Below are positions 49,644 to 58,950 of a stretch of DNA of 64,000 nucleotides, in pieces. Positions within the stretch are counted from its first letter, which is position 1; every line of letters begins with the position of its first letter. This DNA comes from an uncultured Candidatus Saccharibacteria bacterium (GTDB taxonomy: Bacteria; Patescibacteriota; Minisyncoccia; Phycocordibacterales; DATGWK01). A model generated the notes under the pieces. The model was not told where the DNA came from and did not search any database. It saw only the letters and a list, made by a program, of their open reading frames with translations. The stretch spans positions 7,418 through 71,417 of the forward strand of contig CAYHIR010000002.1 in assembly GCA_964356815.1 (NCBI GenBank), in the 5' to 3' direction. A program made the translations under genes and the position numbers.

Positions 49644-50543
49644 CTATTTTTTCAATAAAATATTTATAGCTTTTGTAACGATCGGTAAAATGTCGTTGTA
49701 AAAATTGAGATCGAGAATGTCGGCGAGCTTAAACCACTTTGCGTCGTCGAGACCACCGTTGCCTTCTTCGAGCTTTAGATCTGTGAACTTTGCTTCGGCG
49801 AGGAAATACATAACGTGCTTTTTCTTTTTGCCAGTTTCAGGATGAAACGCAATGTATTCGTTTTCGCCGAGTTTTTCCTTTATCTCCACATCGAGACCAA
49901 TCTCCTGCTTAAGCTCACGCTTGGTACCGGCATCATCGGCCTCCCCTGGCTCAATATGGCCCTTAGAAAGCGTCCAGTGGCCGAAAACGTCGTGAACGAG
50001 CGCTAGATAAATGTCGCCCTCGTGGTGAGCATATACGATAGCGCCGCCCAATTTTTCCACCGGAAGCTGATCATCGGGCACGTCTTTAAATTTCTTTTTT
50101 TTTGAGACTTCGTTTTTGCCCGGCTCGCCCATTTCCTTATAAACAGCACCGAGCACGCCGTTTACAAACTTACTACTCGTGTCGCCACCAAAAGTTTTTG
50201 CAAGCTCGATAGCTTCGTTGATGGCAACCTTCGGCGGCACTTCTTTATGGTCGGCAAAAATGAGTTCGTACAAGCCGAGTCGAAGAATATTTCGATCAAC
50301 GACAGAAATTTTTTCTAGTGGCCACTCAGGAGCGGCTTTGACAATAATATTGTCTAGATCGGGCTTTTTGCGAAAAACCTGACGCATCAGATTTTCCATA
50401 AAAGAAAAATCGTTCATTCCAGGAGCGAATTCCTGGACGTTTCGAGAAAAAATCTCCATAGCCTCGGCTTCAGTTTTGACGTTGAAGTCGGCTTCGAAAA
50501 GTGATTGTACAACTATAGATCTTGCAAGGTGTCTATTTGCCAT
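49644..50543 (-). CDS. nusB: NusB-like antitermination domain fused to a C-terminal NUDIX hydrolase domain
   Basis: N-terminal 140 aa are NusB-like (ARSIVVQSLFEADF...FVNGVLGAVYKEM). C-terminal domain has the Nudix box GHIEPGEADDAGTKRELKQEIGL. Confidence 0.7.
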   Translation of the reverse strand: MANRHLARSIVVQSLFEADFNVKTEAEAMEIFSRNVQEFAPGMNDFSFMENLMRQVFRKKPDLDNIIVKAAPEWPLEKISVVDRNILRLGLYELIFADHKEVPPKVAINEAIELAKTFGGDTSSKFVNGVLGAVYKEMGEPGKNEVSKKKKFKDVPDDQLPVEKLGGAIVYAHHEGDIYLALVHDVFGHWTLSKGHIEPGEADDAGTKRELKQEIGLDVEIKEKLGENEYIAFHPETGKKKKHVMYFLAEAKFTDLKLEEGNGGLDDAKWFKLADILDLNFYNDILPIVTKAINILLKK

Positions 50544-50610
50544 CGGCTATTTGAGTATATTTTTTTGACAAGAAACCGAGCGCTTTCCCCTTTTTGGCTT
50601 AGGCTCTCGG

Positions 50611-50838
50611 CTACGCCCTAACCTTGGCCTTCTCCTTAACCTTTTTGGCCTTTTTAGCGAGCTTGGCGGCCATATCTATGACCTTTTTACCCCTATACAT
50701 GCCGCAATTTAAGCAAACCGCATGAGGGAGCTTTGAGGCTTTGCAATTTGTACATGTCAAAAACTGACCAGCCTTTAAAGCGTGATGGGATCGGCGGTTG
50801 CCGGTATGGGATCTAGTTGAACGCATTCTGACTACCAT
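50611..50838 (-). CDS. rpmF: 50S ribosomal protein L32 with lysine-rich C-terminal tail
   Basis: RSTRSHTGNRRSHHAL plus the CxxC...CxxC zinc ribbon. Confidence 0.75.
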   Translation of the reverse strand: MVVRMRSTRSHTGNRRSHHALKAGQFLTCTNCKASKLPHAVCLNCGMYRGKKVIDMAAKLAKKAKKVKEKAKVRA

Positions 50839-50887
50839 GGGTTGGATTGTACACGATTATTTAATAAAGACAATGCTCACAGCAGAA

Positions 50888-51000
50888 AGTATGACTGAAG
50901 TAACCGGCGTAGATTTCTACTGAAATCTCGCCTCACTCGGAGCCGCCTACGCGGCTTCCGAGAGTTACTTCAGTCATACTTTCTGCTGTGGCCACTAGTT
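50888..51000. repeat. 113-bp nested palindrome: 27-bp perfect inverted repeats enclosing two internal hairpins
   Basis: Arms CACAGCAGAAAGTATGACTGAAGTAAC / GTTACTTCAGTCATACTTTCTGCTGTG. Internal AGATTTC/GAAATCT and CTCGGAGCCGC/GCGGCTTCCGAG hairpins. Confidence 0.6.
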
Positions 51001-51053
51001 ATTAAAATAATTGTTAAAAAACTGGCAAGAAAAAACTCCCTGGGTCCACGGAC

Positions 51054-51377
51054 TCAGGGAGCTTGGTTCAAATTGCACAGGAGACCTTGGCCACTGTGGC
51101 GTTGGTCGAACAGGTGAAGCTTCGGGGGAGCTCTGGACCGGCGTGGAGAGAAAATGCGAGTTGACAACACACGGCTCCTACTCATTGAGAGTTTGGAGCT
51201 CTCACTCTCACGGTTAGGAAATTGCCATTCAGCAACCCCCTTTCCGCCGTAAGAGTATCGCAGCAAGGGACAGAACGCCCAATCTTCAGTGATGTATCCC
51301 GCCACTGCCCCAGGAGCAACGAAAATGAGGCAGATTGCCGGAAACAATGCATCGACGATGCCAGATGTATCGATCAC
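51054..51377 (-). CDS. hypothetical small protein with hydrophobic N-terminus (GC-rich cassette gene)
   Basis: GTG start preceded by AAAGGAGGAAGG. TTGACA-N16-TAAATT promoter overlaps the rnhB 3' end. About 56% GC. Confidence 0.35.
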   Translation of the reverse strand: MIDTSGIVDALFPAICLIFVAPGAVAGYITEDWAFCPLLRYSYGGKGVAEWQFPNRESESSKLSMSRSRVLSTRIFSPRRSRAPPKLHLFDQRHSGQGLLCNLNQAP

Positions 51378-51478
51378 AACCTTCCTCCTTTCTGTGTCTG
51401 AGGTTAATGGTCAAGATGACGACAGAAAACGCTAGAGAACGCGCCTAGTAAAGAAATTTACTCCAAAAGATTTTTCTG

Positions 51479-52123
51479 TCAAGTAAAATTTTTCACAAAA
51501 CTCCTCCGATGCAAATCGCAGAGGCCATTTTCGCGGATTTTTTTAATATGAAAACTGGTGCCATAACCCTTGTGTTTTTCAAAACCAAACTCGGGATAAA
51601 TTTTGGCGAGCTTGCACATTTTTCTGTCGCGCAAAACTTTGGCCGCGATGGAAGCCAAAGAAATTATTGGTTCGAGTCGGTCACCGCCGCTAATTGTTTC
51701 TTGAAATAAAAAATATTCGGGCGCTTTGAGGCCGCCGTCAAGCAGAATAAGTGTCTGACTCGGATTAAGATTGAGCCTGTCGAGAGCACGACGCATGGCG
51801 AGAGAGATGGAATGAGTCAGACCGTGAGTGTCAACTTTTTCTGCGCCAACAAATGCCACGCGAAAATCGAGCAGACCATCGCGCTGACCAATGCGAATTT
51901 TTTTAAACCATTCGTCGCGAGCATCTGGTGAAAGTTGTTTTGAATCGCGAGCTTGACGGAAATTTTTGGGCAATTTACCCACCGCAAAAACCATCGCGCC
52001 AACTGCAACCGGCCCTGCGAGTGGACCACGGCCAACTTCATCGACACCAACGATGTATTTGATTTGACTTGGCTTTTGTGTTTTAAAAATGAGGCGCATA
52101 CGATTAGTGTATAATTTTATCAT
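51479..52123 (-). CDS. rnhB: ribonuclease HII
   Basis: VGVDEVGRGPLAGPV active-site motif. Confidence 0.85.
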   Translation of the reverse strand: MIKLYTNRMRLIFKTQKPSQIKYIVGVDEVGRGPLAGPVAVGAMVFAVGKLPKNFRQARDSKQLSPDARDEWFKKIRIGQRDGLLDFRVAFVGAEKVDTHGLTHSISLAMRRALDRLNLNPSQTLILLDGGLKAPEYFLFQETISGGDRLEPIISLASIAAKVLRDRKMCKLAKIYPEFGFEKHKGYGTSFHIKKIRENGLCDLHRRSFVKNFT

Positions 52124-55100
52124 GTCTCGTTTTACACACCTGCATGTCCATAGCCATTACAGCTTGCTCGAAGCGGTACCAAAAATCTCGGATCTAATAG
52201 AGAACGCGAAAAAGTTTGACATGAAGGCGCTGGCTCTTACAGACAATTGCAATCTCTATGGCACGATTGAGTTTTATAAAGAATGCACAGCGGCTGGTAT
52301 AAAGCCGATCATTGGCATTGATGCTTATGTGGCGCCGCGAAGCAGACTGAGTAAAGAAAATATGGTGGATGCAACCCGCAGCCGTTTGATTCTTTTGGCA
52401 AAAAATGTGACGGGTTATAAAAATCTCATCAAGCTCGTCACAGCCGCACACTTCGAAGGTTTTTACTACAAACCGCGTATTGATAAAGAATTAATTGAGA
52501 AATACAAAGATGGTCTCATCGCTATTTCAGCCGCCACAAACGGAAGCATTGCCCGTGCCTTAAAAAGCGACGATCGCGAACGCGCCACAGAAGAAGCCAG
52601 ATGGTACAGCCACACTTTCGGACCGGATAATTTTTTTATCGAAATCACCGAGCCAGCCAAAATGAAGTCGCTCATCGATTTTGCACACGAAGTTGGCGTG
52701 CCGATTGTTGCTTCGCAAGATGTCTACTACATCCACGAAGATGATCGCGCCGCTCGCAATACCCTTCTCTCGATTCAAAATACAAATTGGGGCAATCACG
52801 GCGATATTGGCAACGAAGAGGAAGACTTATCTTTCGGTTCGCCGGAAAAAATTGCGAAAAATTTTGAGAAAATTTTGGGCGCGGAAGCGGCGGAACAGGC
52901 CATCGCAAACAACGAAAAAATCGCAGCTATGTGCGACTTGAAACTCGAGCTTGGTAAGTGGCTGTTTCCGGCATTTGTGGTTGAAAGCGGTCTCTCGCAC
53001 GACGATGAGCTTCGCCGGCTCGCATATGAAGGTTTGGAAAGACGCGGTATGGAAAAATCGCCCGAGGTGCTCACGCGTCTCGAGTATGAGCTCAAGGTTA
53101 TTAAAGACAAAGGTTATGCGCCGTACTTTTTGGTGGTGGGCGACCTCATGGATTTCGCGCATAAAAATAATATTCTCACGACCATTCGAGGTTCGGTCGC
53201 TGGCTCACTCGTCACCTACTGCGCGCACATTACAAACGTCGATCCGCTCAAATATAAATTGCCTTTCGAGCGATTTCTAAATCCCGAGCGTCCATCTGCT
53301 CCCGATATCGACATGGATTACGCCGACAACAGACGTGATGAAATGATTGCCTATGCCAAAGAAAAATATGGCCACGACAACGTCGCCCAGATTGGTACAT
53401 TCGGTACGATGGCGGCGCGCGGTGCTGTGCGCGACGTGACACGCGCGCTCGGCTATCCTTACACACTCGGTGACACACTTTCCAAACTCATTCCGATCGG
53501 CGCGCAGGGTTTCCCAATGACCATCGACCGCGCACTCAAAGAAGCGCCAGACTTTGCAAAAATGTACAAAGACAATGAAGACGCGACAGACATTATCGAC
53601 ATGGCGAAAAAAATCGAAGGCGGTGCGCGACACATTTCCGTGCACGCCGCGGGTGTCGTTATTTCTCCCGTGCATCTCACCGAGCTCGTGCCGCTACAGT
53701 ACGACACAAAAAGTGCGGAAAATATTATCACTCAGTACGACATGTATTCGGTGGAAGAAGCCGGCCTTTTGAAGTTCGACTTTCTTGGCATTAAAAATTT
53801 GGCCATTCTCGCCGACGCTGTGCGCTTGGTGAAAAAGCTCGATGACATAGAAATCGACATTGAAAACGTACCGATAGACGACAAAAAAACTTTTGAAATG
53901 CTCGCGCGCGGCGAAACGATCGGCCTTTTTCAGCTAAATGGTTCGGGTATGACAAAATTTTTGAAAGAATTGAAACCGAGCTCCATCCTCGACATCAATG
54001 CCATGGTCGCCCTCTATCGTCCTGGCCCGATGGAATCTATCCCTCAATATATTGAACGCAAACACAATCCCGCGCTCGTCACCTTCCTCGATCCACGTCT
54101 CAAAGATATTTTGTCGCAATCGTACGGCGTCATCACCTATCAAGACGATGTGATGCTCACCGCTATTCACCTCGCCGGCTACTCGTGGCTCGAGGCCGAC
54201 AAACTCCGCAAAGCCATGGGTAAAAAAATTCCCGCGGAAATGGAAGCCCAGAAAGGCAAATTGCTCGAAGGCTTGGTGAAAAACGGTCTGAGCGCCGCCA
54301 AAGCCGATCAGCTATGGAAACTCATCGAACCTTTTGCCGCTTATGGTTTCAACAAAGCTCATGCCGCAAGCTACGGCAAAGTGGCCTATCAAACCGCCTA
54401 CATGAAGGCCAATTTTCCGGTCATTTATATGTCTGCTGTGCTCACCGCCGACTCTGGCGATGTGGATAAAATCGCCGAAACAATCGCCGAGTGTAAGCGC
54501 ATGAAAATTCCGGTTTTGCCGCCGAGCGTCAATGAAAGCTTTTCTGAATTTACGGTGGTGCGGGAAAGTGCGCAAAAAAACGTCGCGGGTGGCACTGACG
54601 GCGCCGAAAAAATCCGCTTCGGTCTTTACACAATAAAAAATTTCGGTGAGACAGTTGGCGAAACGATAATCACCGAGCGCGAGAAAAATGGCCGCTTCAC
54701 ATCTATCTCGAATTTTTTGAATCGCATCAAAGATAAAAATTTAAATAAAAAATCACTTGAGTCGCTTATTAAAACCGGGGCACTCGATGAATTCGGCGAA
54801 CGCGGGCTTCTTCTTGGCAATCTCGATCGTCTGCTTGCCTACAGCAGAGAAAAACATCGCGGACCAGAAAATCAAGAGTCACTTTTCGGCCTCATGACCG
54901 ATCAAAAAGCGGCGAGTGCCATGAGCGACATTTCTCTCGACCCAGCGCCACCTGCGACACAAGAAGAAAAACTCGCCTGGGAACGCGAACTCCTCGGCCT
55001 CTATGTTTCCGGCCATCCACTTGATCGTTTCAAAGAAAAAATTGAAAAACACGGCGGCTCGATTGCCAAGGTGAAAGAGAGCGGCATCAACGGCTCGACG

Positions 55101-55337
55101 ATCGTCGTCGCTGGCCTCATCGAAGAAATAAAAGAATTTAGCACCAAAAATGGCGAGATGATGGCCTTCATAAAAATCGCCGACTACTCCGGCAACATGG
55201 AAGCTGTCGCCTTCCCCCGCACCAAAACCGAATTCGCCTCCATCCTTGTGGCGGAAAATTGCGTGGCGATAAAGGGAAAAATGTCCAACAGAAACGGCGT
55301 GCCGAGTGTTTTGATTGAGAAGGTGAAGGTGTTGTAG
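52122..55337 (+). CDS. dnaE: DNA polymerase III alpha subunit (DnaE-type, PHP domain)
   Basis: PHP motif HLHVHSHYSLLEA, polymerase core and OB domain; 1072 aa. Its ATG overlaps the divergent rnhB ATG (CATG). Confidence 0.85.
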   Translation: MSRFTHLHVHSHYSLLEAVPKISDLIENAKKFDMKALALTDNCNLYGTIEFYKECTAAGIKPIIGIDAYVAPRSRLSKENMVDATRSRLILLAKNVTGYKNLIKLVTAAHFEGFYYKPRIDKELIEKYKDGLIAISAATNGSIARALKSDDRERATEEARWYSHTFGPDNFFIEITEPAKMKSLIDFAHEVGVPIVASQDVYYIHEDDRAARNTLLSIQNTNWGNHGDIGNEEEDLSFGSPEKIAKNFEKILGAEAAEQAIANNEKIAAMCDLKLELGKWLFPAFVVESGLSHDDELRRLAYEGLERRGMEKSPEVLTRLEYELKVIKDKGYAPYFLVVGDLMDFAHKNNILTTIRGSVAGSLVTYCAHITNVDPLKYKLPFERFLNPERPSAPDIDMDYADNRRDEMIAYAKEKYGHDNVAQIGTFGTMAARGAVRDVTRALGYPYTLGDTLSKLIPIGAQGFPMTIDRALKEAPDFAKMYKDNEDATDIIDMAKKIEGGARHISVHAAGVVISPVHLTELVPLQYDTKSAENIITQYDMYSVEEAGLLKFDFLGIKNLAILADAVRLVKKLDDIEIDIENVPIDDKKTFEMLARGETIGLFQLNGSGMTKFLKELKPSSILDINAMVALYRPGPMESIPQYIERKHNPALVTFLDPRLKDILSQSYGVITYQDDVMLTAIHLAGYSWLEADKLRKAMGKKIPAEMEAQKGKLLEGLVKNGLSAAKADQLWKLIEPFAAYGFNKAHAASYGKVAYQTAYMKANFPVIYMSAVLTADSGDVDKIAETIAECKRMKIPVLPPSVNESFSEFTVVRESAQKNVAGGTDGAEKIRFGLYTIKNFGETVGETIITEREKNGRFTSISNFLNRIKDKNLNKKSLESLIKTGALDEFGERGLLLGNLDRLLAYSREKHRGPENQESLFGLMTDQKAASAMSDISLDPAPPATQEEKLAWERELLGLYVSGHPLDRFKEKIEKHGGSIAKVKESGINGSTIVVAGLIEEIKEFSTKNGEMMAFIKIADYSGNMEAVAFPRTKTEFASILVAENCVAIKGKMSNRNGVPSVLIEKVKVL

Positions 55338-55424
55338 GAATTTTTGACAGATAACCGACAAACAAAATGACGGCGTCTTGACTTTTTGATTGATATTTGA
55401 TAGCATATGCATATTACGACGAAA

Positions 55425-55462
55425 AAGGTTCCGAACGGCTAATTACCTAAGGAGCCTTTTTC
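55425..55462. terminator. bidirectional rho-independent terminator
   Basis: AAAAAGGTTCC-loop-GGAGCCTTTTT between convergent dnaE and the NYN gene. Confidence 0.55.
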
Positions 55463-55980
55463 ATTTCTATTTTTCTTCTGGTGTCCCCATCATCAAGCGC
55501 CGCAAAACATGGTGCGCCAAGCTTGTCGTACAACGATGAAGCTCTCTCGCCGTCAGGAAAAAGAATTTTTTCAAGCTTTTGCTCGGTGATTAAAAAATCA
55601 ACAAGCTGTCTGTAGTCACCATCCCCAGAAACCAGCACGATTTTATCAAACAATTCTTTATAGTAGAGTTTTTTCATAACATTAAAAATAATGTCGGAAT
55701 CAACATTTCCTTTCTTTTTGCCAAGCATAAGTGATGTGTGTTCACGAAATAGCAAAATGAACCCGGCACTTTGTATGTTTTCATACAATGATTGCTGTGA
55801 TTCATCTAGATATCCCAAAAAATAAAAGGCTTTTGATACATCGTATTTTTTCTCAAGATAAACACGAAATCGCGCAAGATCAACTTTCCATGGGTCAATT
55901 TCTCGCTTTGCAGTACCTAGGTAAAGATTTTGTCCATCTATGAATGCGAGGTTTTTTATTTGTTCATCGTTTGTGGCCAT
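55447..55980 (-). CDS. NYN-domain (LabA-like, PIN-fold) protein
   Basis: AFIDGQNLY and LVSGDGDY acidic motifs of NYN nucleases. Confidence 0.65.
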   Translation of the reverse strand: MATNDEQIKNLAFIDGQNLYLGTAKREIDPWKVDLARFRVYLEKKYDVSKAFYFLGYLDESQQSLYENIQSAGFILLFREHTSLMLGKKKGNVDSDIIFNVMKKLYYKELFDKIVLVSGDGDYRQLVDFLITEQKLEKILFPDGERASSLYDKLGAPCFAALDDGDTRRKIEMKKAP

Positions 55981-56089
55981 TTTGGTATTACAAAACAGCA
56001 ATATAACAAAAGTTGGCTCAATATTTTTTTAAGAAATAATAAAGAATGAACGATTTGGCCTTTTACCCTAAAAAAGCTATTATTTTGAA

Positions 56090-57907
56090 ATGAAAAAAGA
56101 AAATTCTGACCCCAACTCCCTACCCGCCAAGCGCCACTCGCTCGCCCATCTTTTGGCCGCGGCTGTGCTTGAAATTCGCCCCGACACTCTCCCTTCCATC
56201 GGTCCAGCAATAGACGACGGTTTTTACTACGATTTTGATTTCAGCAACGGCGAGCCGATTTCTGAAAAAGATTTGGTGGCAATAGAAAAACGAATGCGAA
56301 AAATTTTGCCGTCGTGGAAAGAATTTTCACACAAAGAAGTTTCGGCGGCCGAGGCACGTGAAGTGTTTGCAAACAATCCATACAAACTTGAGCTCATAGA
56401 AGAAATAGAAAACGGCGCGGTGCAAACCGGCGAAAAAATTACTCTTTATACGATCGGCGAATTTACCGATCTTTGTCGTGGCGGTCATGTTGAAAATCCA
56501 GCGAAAGAAATCGATCCAGAATCTTTCAAACTCGATCGTGTGGCTGGTGCGTATTGGCGTGGTGATGAAAAAAATAAAATGCTTACACGCATTTACGGCC
56601 TCGCGTTTGAAACCGGTGCAGAGCTTGCGAGCCACATTGCGATGCGTGAAGAAGCTAAAAAGCGCGATCACAAAAAACTCGGCAAGGAGCTCGGGCTTTT
56701 CATTTTCTCCGATCTCGTTGGTCCTGGCCTGCCACTTTGGACACCGAAGGGCACAATCGTGCGAAATTTGCTCGACGATTATGTTTGGTCGCTCCGTCGC
56801 GAAAAAGGTTTCATGAAAGTTACAATCCCCCACATCACCAAAAAAGATCTTTACGAAACTTCTGGCCACTGGGGGAAATATGCTGACGGACTTTTCAAAA
56901 TTACCACGCGCGAAAATCATCTCTATGCCATGAAGCCAATGAATTGCCCGCATCATGCTCAAATTTTCGCCGCCACTCCAAAAAGCTACCGCGACATGCC
57001 ACAGCGCTACAGCGAAACCACCATGGTCTATCGCGATGAACAGTCTGGCGAGCTCTCCGGCCTCTCCCGCGTGCTTTCTATTACTCAAGACGACGCGCAT
57101 GTTTTCTGCCGTCAGAGCCAGATCGAGCAAGAAGTTTTTGCTATTTGGGACATCATCGATGAATTTTATGGCGTTTTTGGTTTTGAAGATTTAAAAATTC
57201 GCCTCTCGCGCCACGATCCATCACACTTCGAAAAATATCTCGGTACACCAGAGATCTGGAAAAACTCTGAAGCCGCGCTAACGAAACTGATCGAAAAGCG
57301 AGGTATCAAAGAATGGGTAGACGGCCTCGGTGAAGCTGCTATCTACGGCCCCAAGATCGATTTCATTGCCAAAGATTCTATCGGCCGCACGCTGCAAGTG
57401 GCCACAATCCAACTCGACTTCAATCAACCAAAAAACTTCGGTCTCACCTGCACAAATGAAAAAGGTGAGAAAGAAGATGTTGTGATGATTCACTGCGCCA
57501 TCATGGGATCAATCGAACGCTTCATGAGTGTACTTATCGAACACTACGCCGGTGCATTTCCATTCTGGCTCGCGCCTGTCCAAGTGGCCATCGTTCCCGT
57601 CTCCGAAGCACACGAAGAATACTCTCGCCAAATTTTAGAAAAAATAAAGGCGGAGAAAATCGACGGCGCCCAAATCCGCGCAGAACTTTTTCTCGCCGAC
57701 GATTCTCTTGGCAAACGCATCCGCGAAGCTAAAGTACAAAAAATTCCTTACACTCTCATCATTGGCGACAAAGAAATTGCAAACAGCGACGCAAGCGAAG
57801 CCAACCTAAACGCCACACTAGAAAACCGCGATAAAGGCAATCTCGGCGCCCTCTCCGTAGAAGAAATCATCGCGAAATTTAGAAAAGAAATTGAGGAGAA
57901 GAAATAG
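56090..57907 (+). CDS. thrS: threonyl-tRNA synthetase (lacks N-terminal TGS domain)
   Basis: Editing-domain remnant, class II core (HRDEQSGELSGLSRV), anticodon-binding C-terminus. Confidence 0.85.
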   Translation: MKKENSDPNSLPAKRHSLAHLLAAAVLEIRPDTLPSIGPAIDDGFYYDFDFSNGEPISEKDLVAIEKRMRKILPSWKEFSHKEVSAAEAREVFANNPYKLELIEEIENGAVQTGEKITLYTIGEFTDLCRGGHVENPAKEIDPESFKLDRVAGAYWRGDEKNKMLTRIYGLAFETGAELASHIAMREEAKKRDHKKLGKELGLFIFSDLVGPGLPLWTPKGTIVRNLLDDYVWSLRREKGFMKVTIPHITKKDLYETSGHWGKYADGLFKITTRENHLYAMKPMNCPHHAQIFAATPKSYRDMPQRYSETTMVYRDEQSGELSGLSRVLSITQDDAHVFCRQSQIEQEVFAIWDIIDEFYGVFGFEDLKIRLSRHDPSHFEKYLGTPEIWKNSEAALTKLIEKRGIKEWVDGLGEAAIYGPKIDFIAKDSIGRTLQVATIQLDFNQPKNFGLTCTNEKGEKEDVVMIHCAIMGSIERFMSVLIEHYAGAFPFWLAPVQVAIVPVSEAHEEYSRQILEKIKAEKIDGAQIRAELFLADDSLGKRIREAKVQKIPYTLIIGDKEIANSDASEANLNATLENRDKGNLGALSVEEIIAKFRKEIEEKK

Positions 57908-57987
57908 CTATTATCCAATTAAAATTAAAAGCCGTCCGTATGCAATGCCAATTGCTACGGACGGCTGTTCAGAAAGCCACAGAGACA

Positions 57988-58236
57988 TCACTCGATTTCT
58001 TTGATGATGACGTACACGACCCTACTCATTTCCGGCTTGGCGACTTGGGCCACCCTCACTTTTTCGCCCCTGTGGTAGAGATGATAGATTCCCCCAAGAG
58101 TCACCTTCATACCCGGTTGAAAATACTGGAGTTGAATAAGGTGATCACTAGCAGGATCCTGCCTCACAAAAACCCTGAGCTCCTTGCCAATCACAACCAC
58201 AGAACCACTACCTAGATTTGCATGAACAATGCCCAT
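57988..58236 (-). CDS. hypothetical small protein, paralog of 58549-58812 (GC-rich cassette gene)
   Basis: SD AAAGGAGAAAG 7 nt before ATG. C-terminal half aligns with the neighbour: PGMKVTLGG...RGEKVRVAQVAKPEMSRVVYVIIKEIE. Confidence 0.5.
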   Translation of the reverse strand: MGIVHANLGSGSVVVIGKELRVFVRQDPASDHLIQLQYFQPGMKVTLGGIYHLYHRGEKVRVAQVAKPEMSRVVYVIIKEIE

Positions 58237-58325
58237 CGTTCGCTTTCTCCTTTCATTTTAGATGGTTTCGATACACCCTCAACACATCTAATCTTATAAA
58301 AACAAAATAGTCAATAATTTTGGGC

Positions 58326-58372
58326 AAAAAAAAGCCCCCGAGACCAAAAATCGCGTTAGGCGTTCTCGGGGG
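58326..58372 (-). terminator. rho-independent terminator (minus strand) between the two paralog genes
   Basis: CCCCCGAGA-20 nt-TCTCGGGGG. On the minus strand it is followed by TTTTTTTT. Confidence 0.55.
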
Positions 58373-58548
58373 ACTTTGAGGGTCACAAGTAAAAATAATT
58401 GCGAAAGGGATAAACGGACACCTCCCGAAGAGCCATGCCCTTGCACTCTCCGAGAGGGTCCGCCACAGAAGGAAGGACTTATTACACTCCTGTTTACAGT
58501 TTATACGAGAGTTGAACCATCTGTCAACAAAAGCTTGGGGTGACACTC

Positions 58549-58812
58549 TCACTCAAGATCGTCAACGATCACAAAACTTGCCTGCGGCATCGCAGGAGCA
58601 ATGATCTGAGCAACTTTTCTCGTTGAGCCATCGCAGTGCTCTGTTCTGGATTCTCCAAGAGTGACCTGAGTACCCCACGGAATCAGACCATGATAAGAAA
58701 GTCCCTTTCTACTTCCCCCCCCTTCGCTTCTTCTAAAAAATCTGGCATCCTTGGTGAGCTTGAACACTGGCCCTTCTTTCTTTGGCTTTCGATACTTTTT
58801 CCTAGCACCCAT
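58549..58812 (-). CDS. hypothetical basic small protein, paralog of 57988-58236 (GC-rich cassette gene)
   Basis: SD AAGGAGAAAAC before ATG (MGARKKY). C-terminus WGTQVTLGE...STRKVAQIIAPAMPQASFVIVDDLE. Upstream the TGTGATTAAATAT motif is shared with the 2719-3288 gene. Confidence 0.5.
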   Translation of the reverse strand: MGARKKYRKPKKEGPVFKLTKDARFFRRSEGGGSRKGLSYHGLIPWGTQVTLGESRTEHCDGSTRKVAQIIAPAMPQASFVIVDDLE

Positions 58813-58950
58813 CGTTTTCTCCTTGTTAAAACGTCCCGCCATATTTAATCACACACAGTAAAAAAGTCCATACCCAGGCAAACTTATTGAGCCCAAAAAA
58901 AATTTGCGCCATGGTTTGCGAAAACTGCCGCAGAAAAATTTGTTTGGGCG

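Noticed and set aside
58253-58552. Minus-strand 99-aa ORF between the two paralog genes
   Set aside because: It spans the terminator hairpin and promoter region, has no RBS and is low-complexity. It is likely non-coding.
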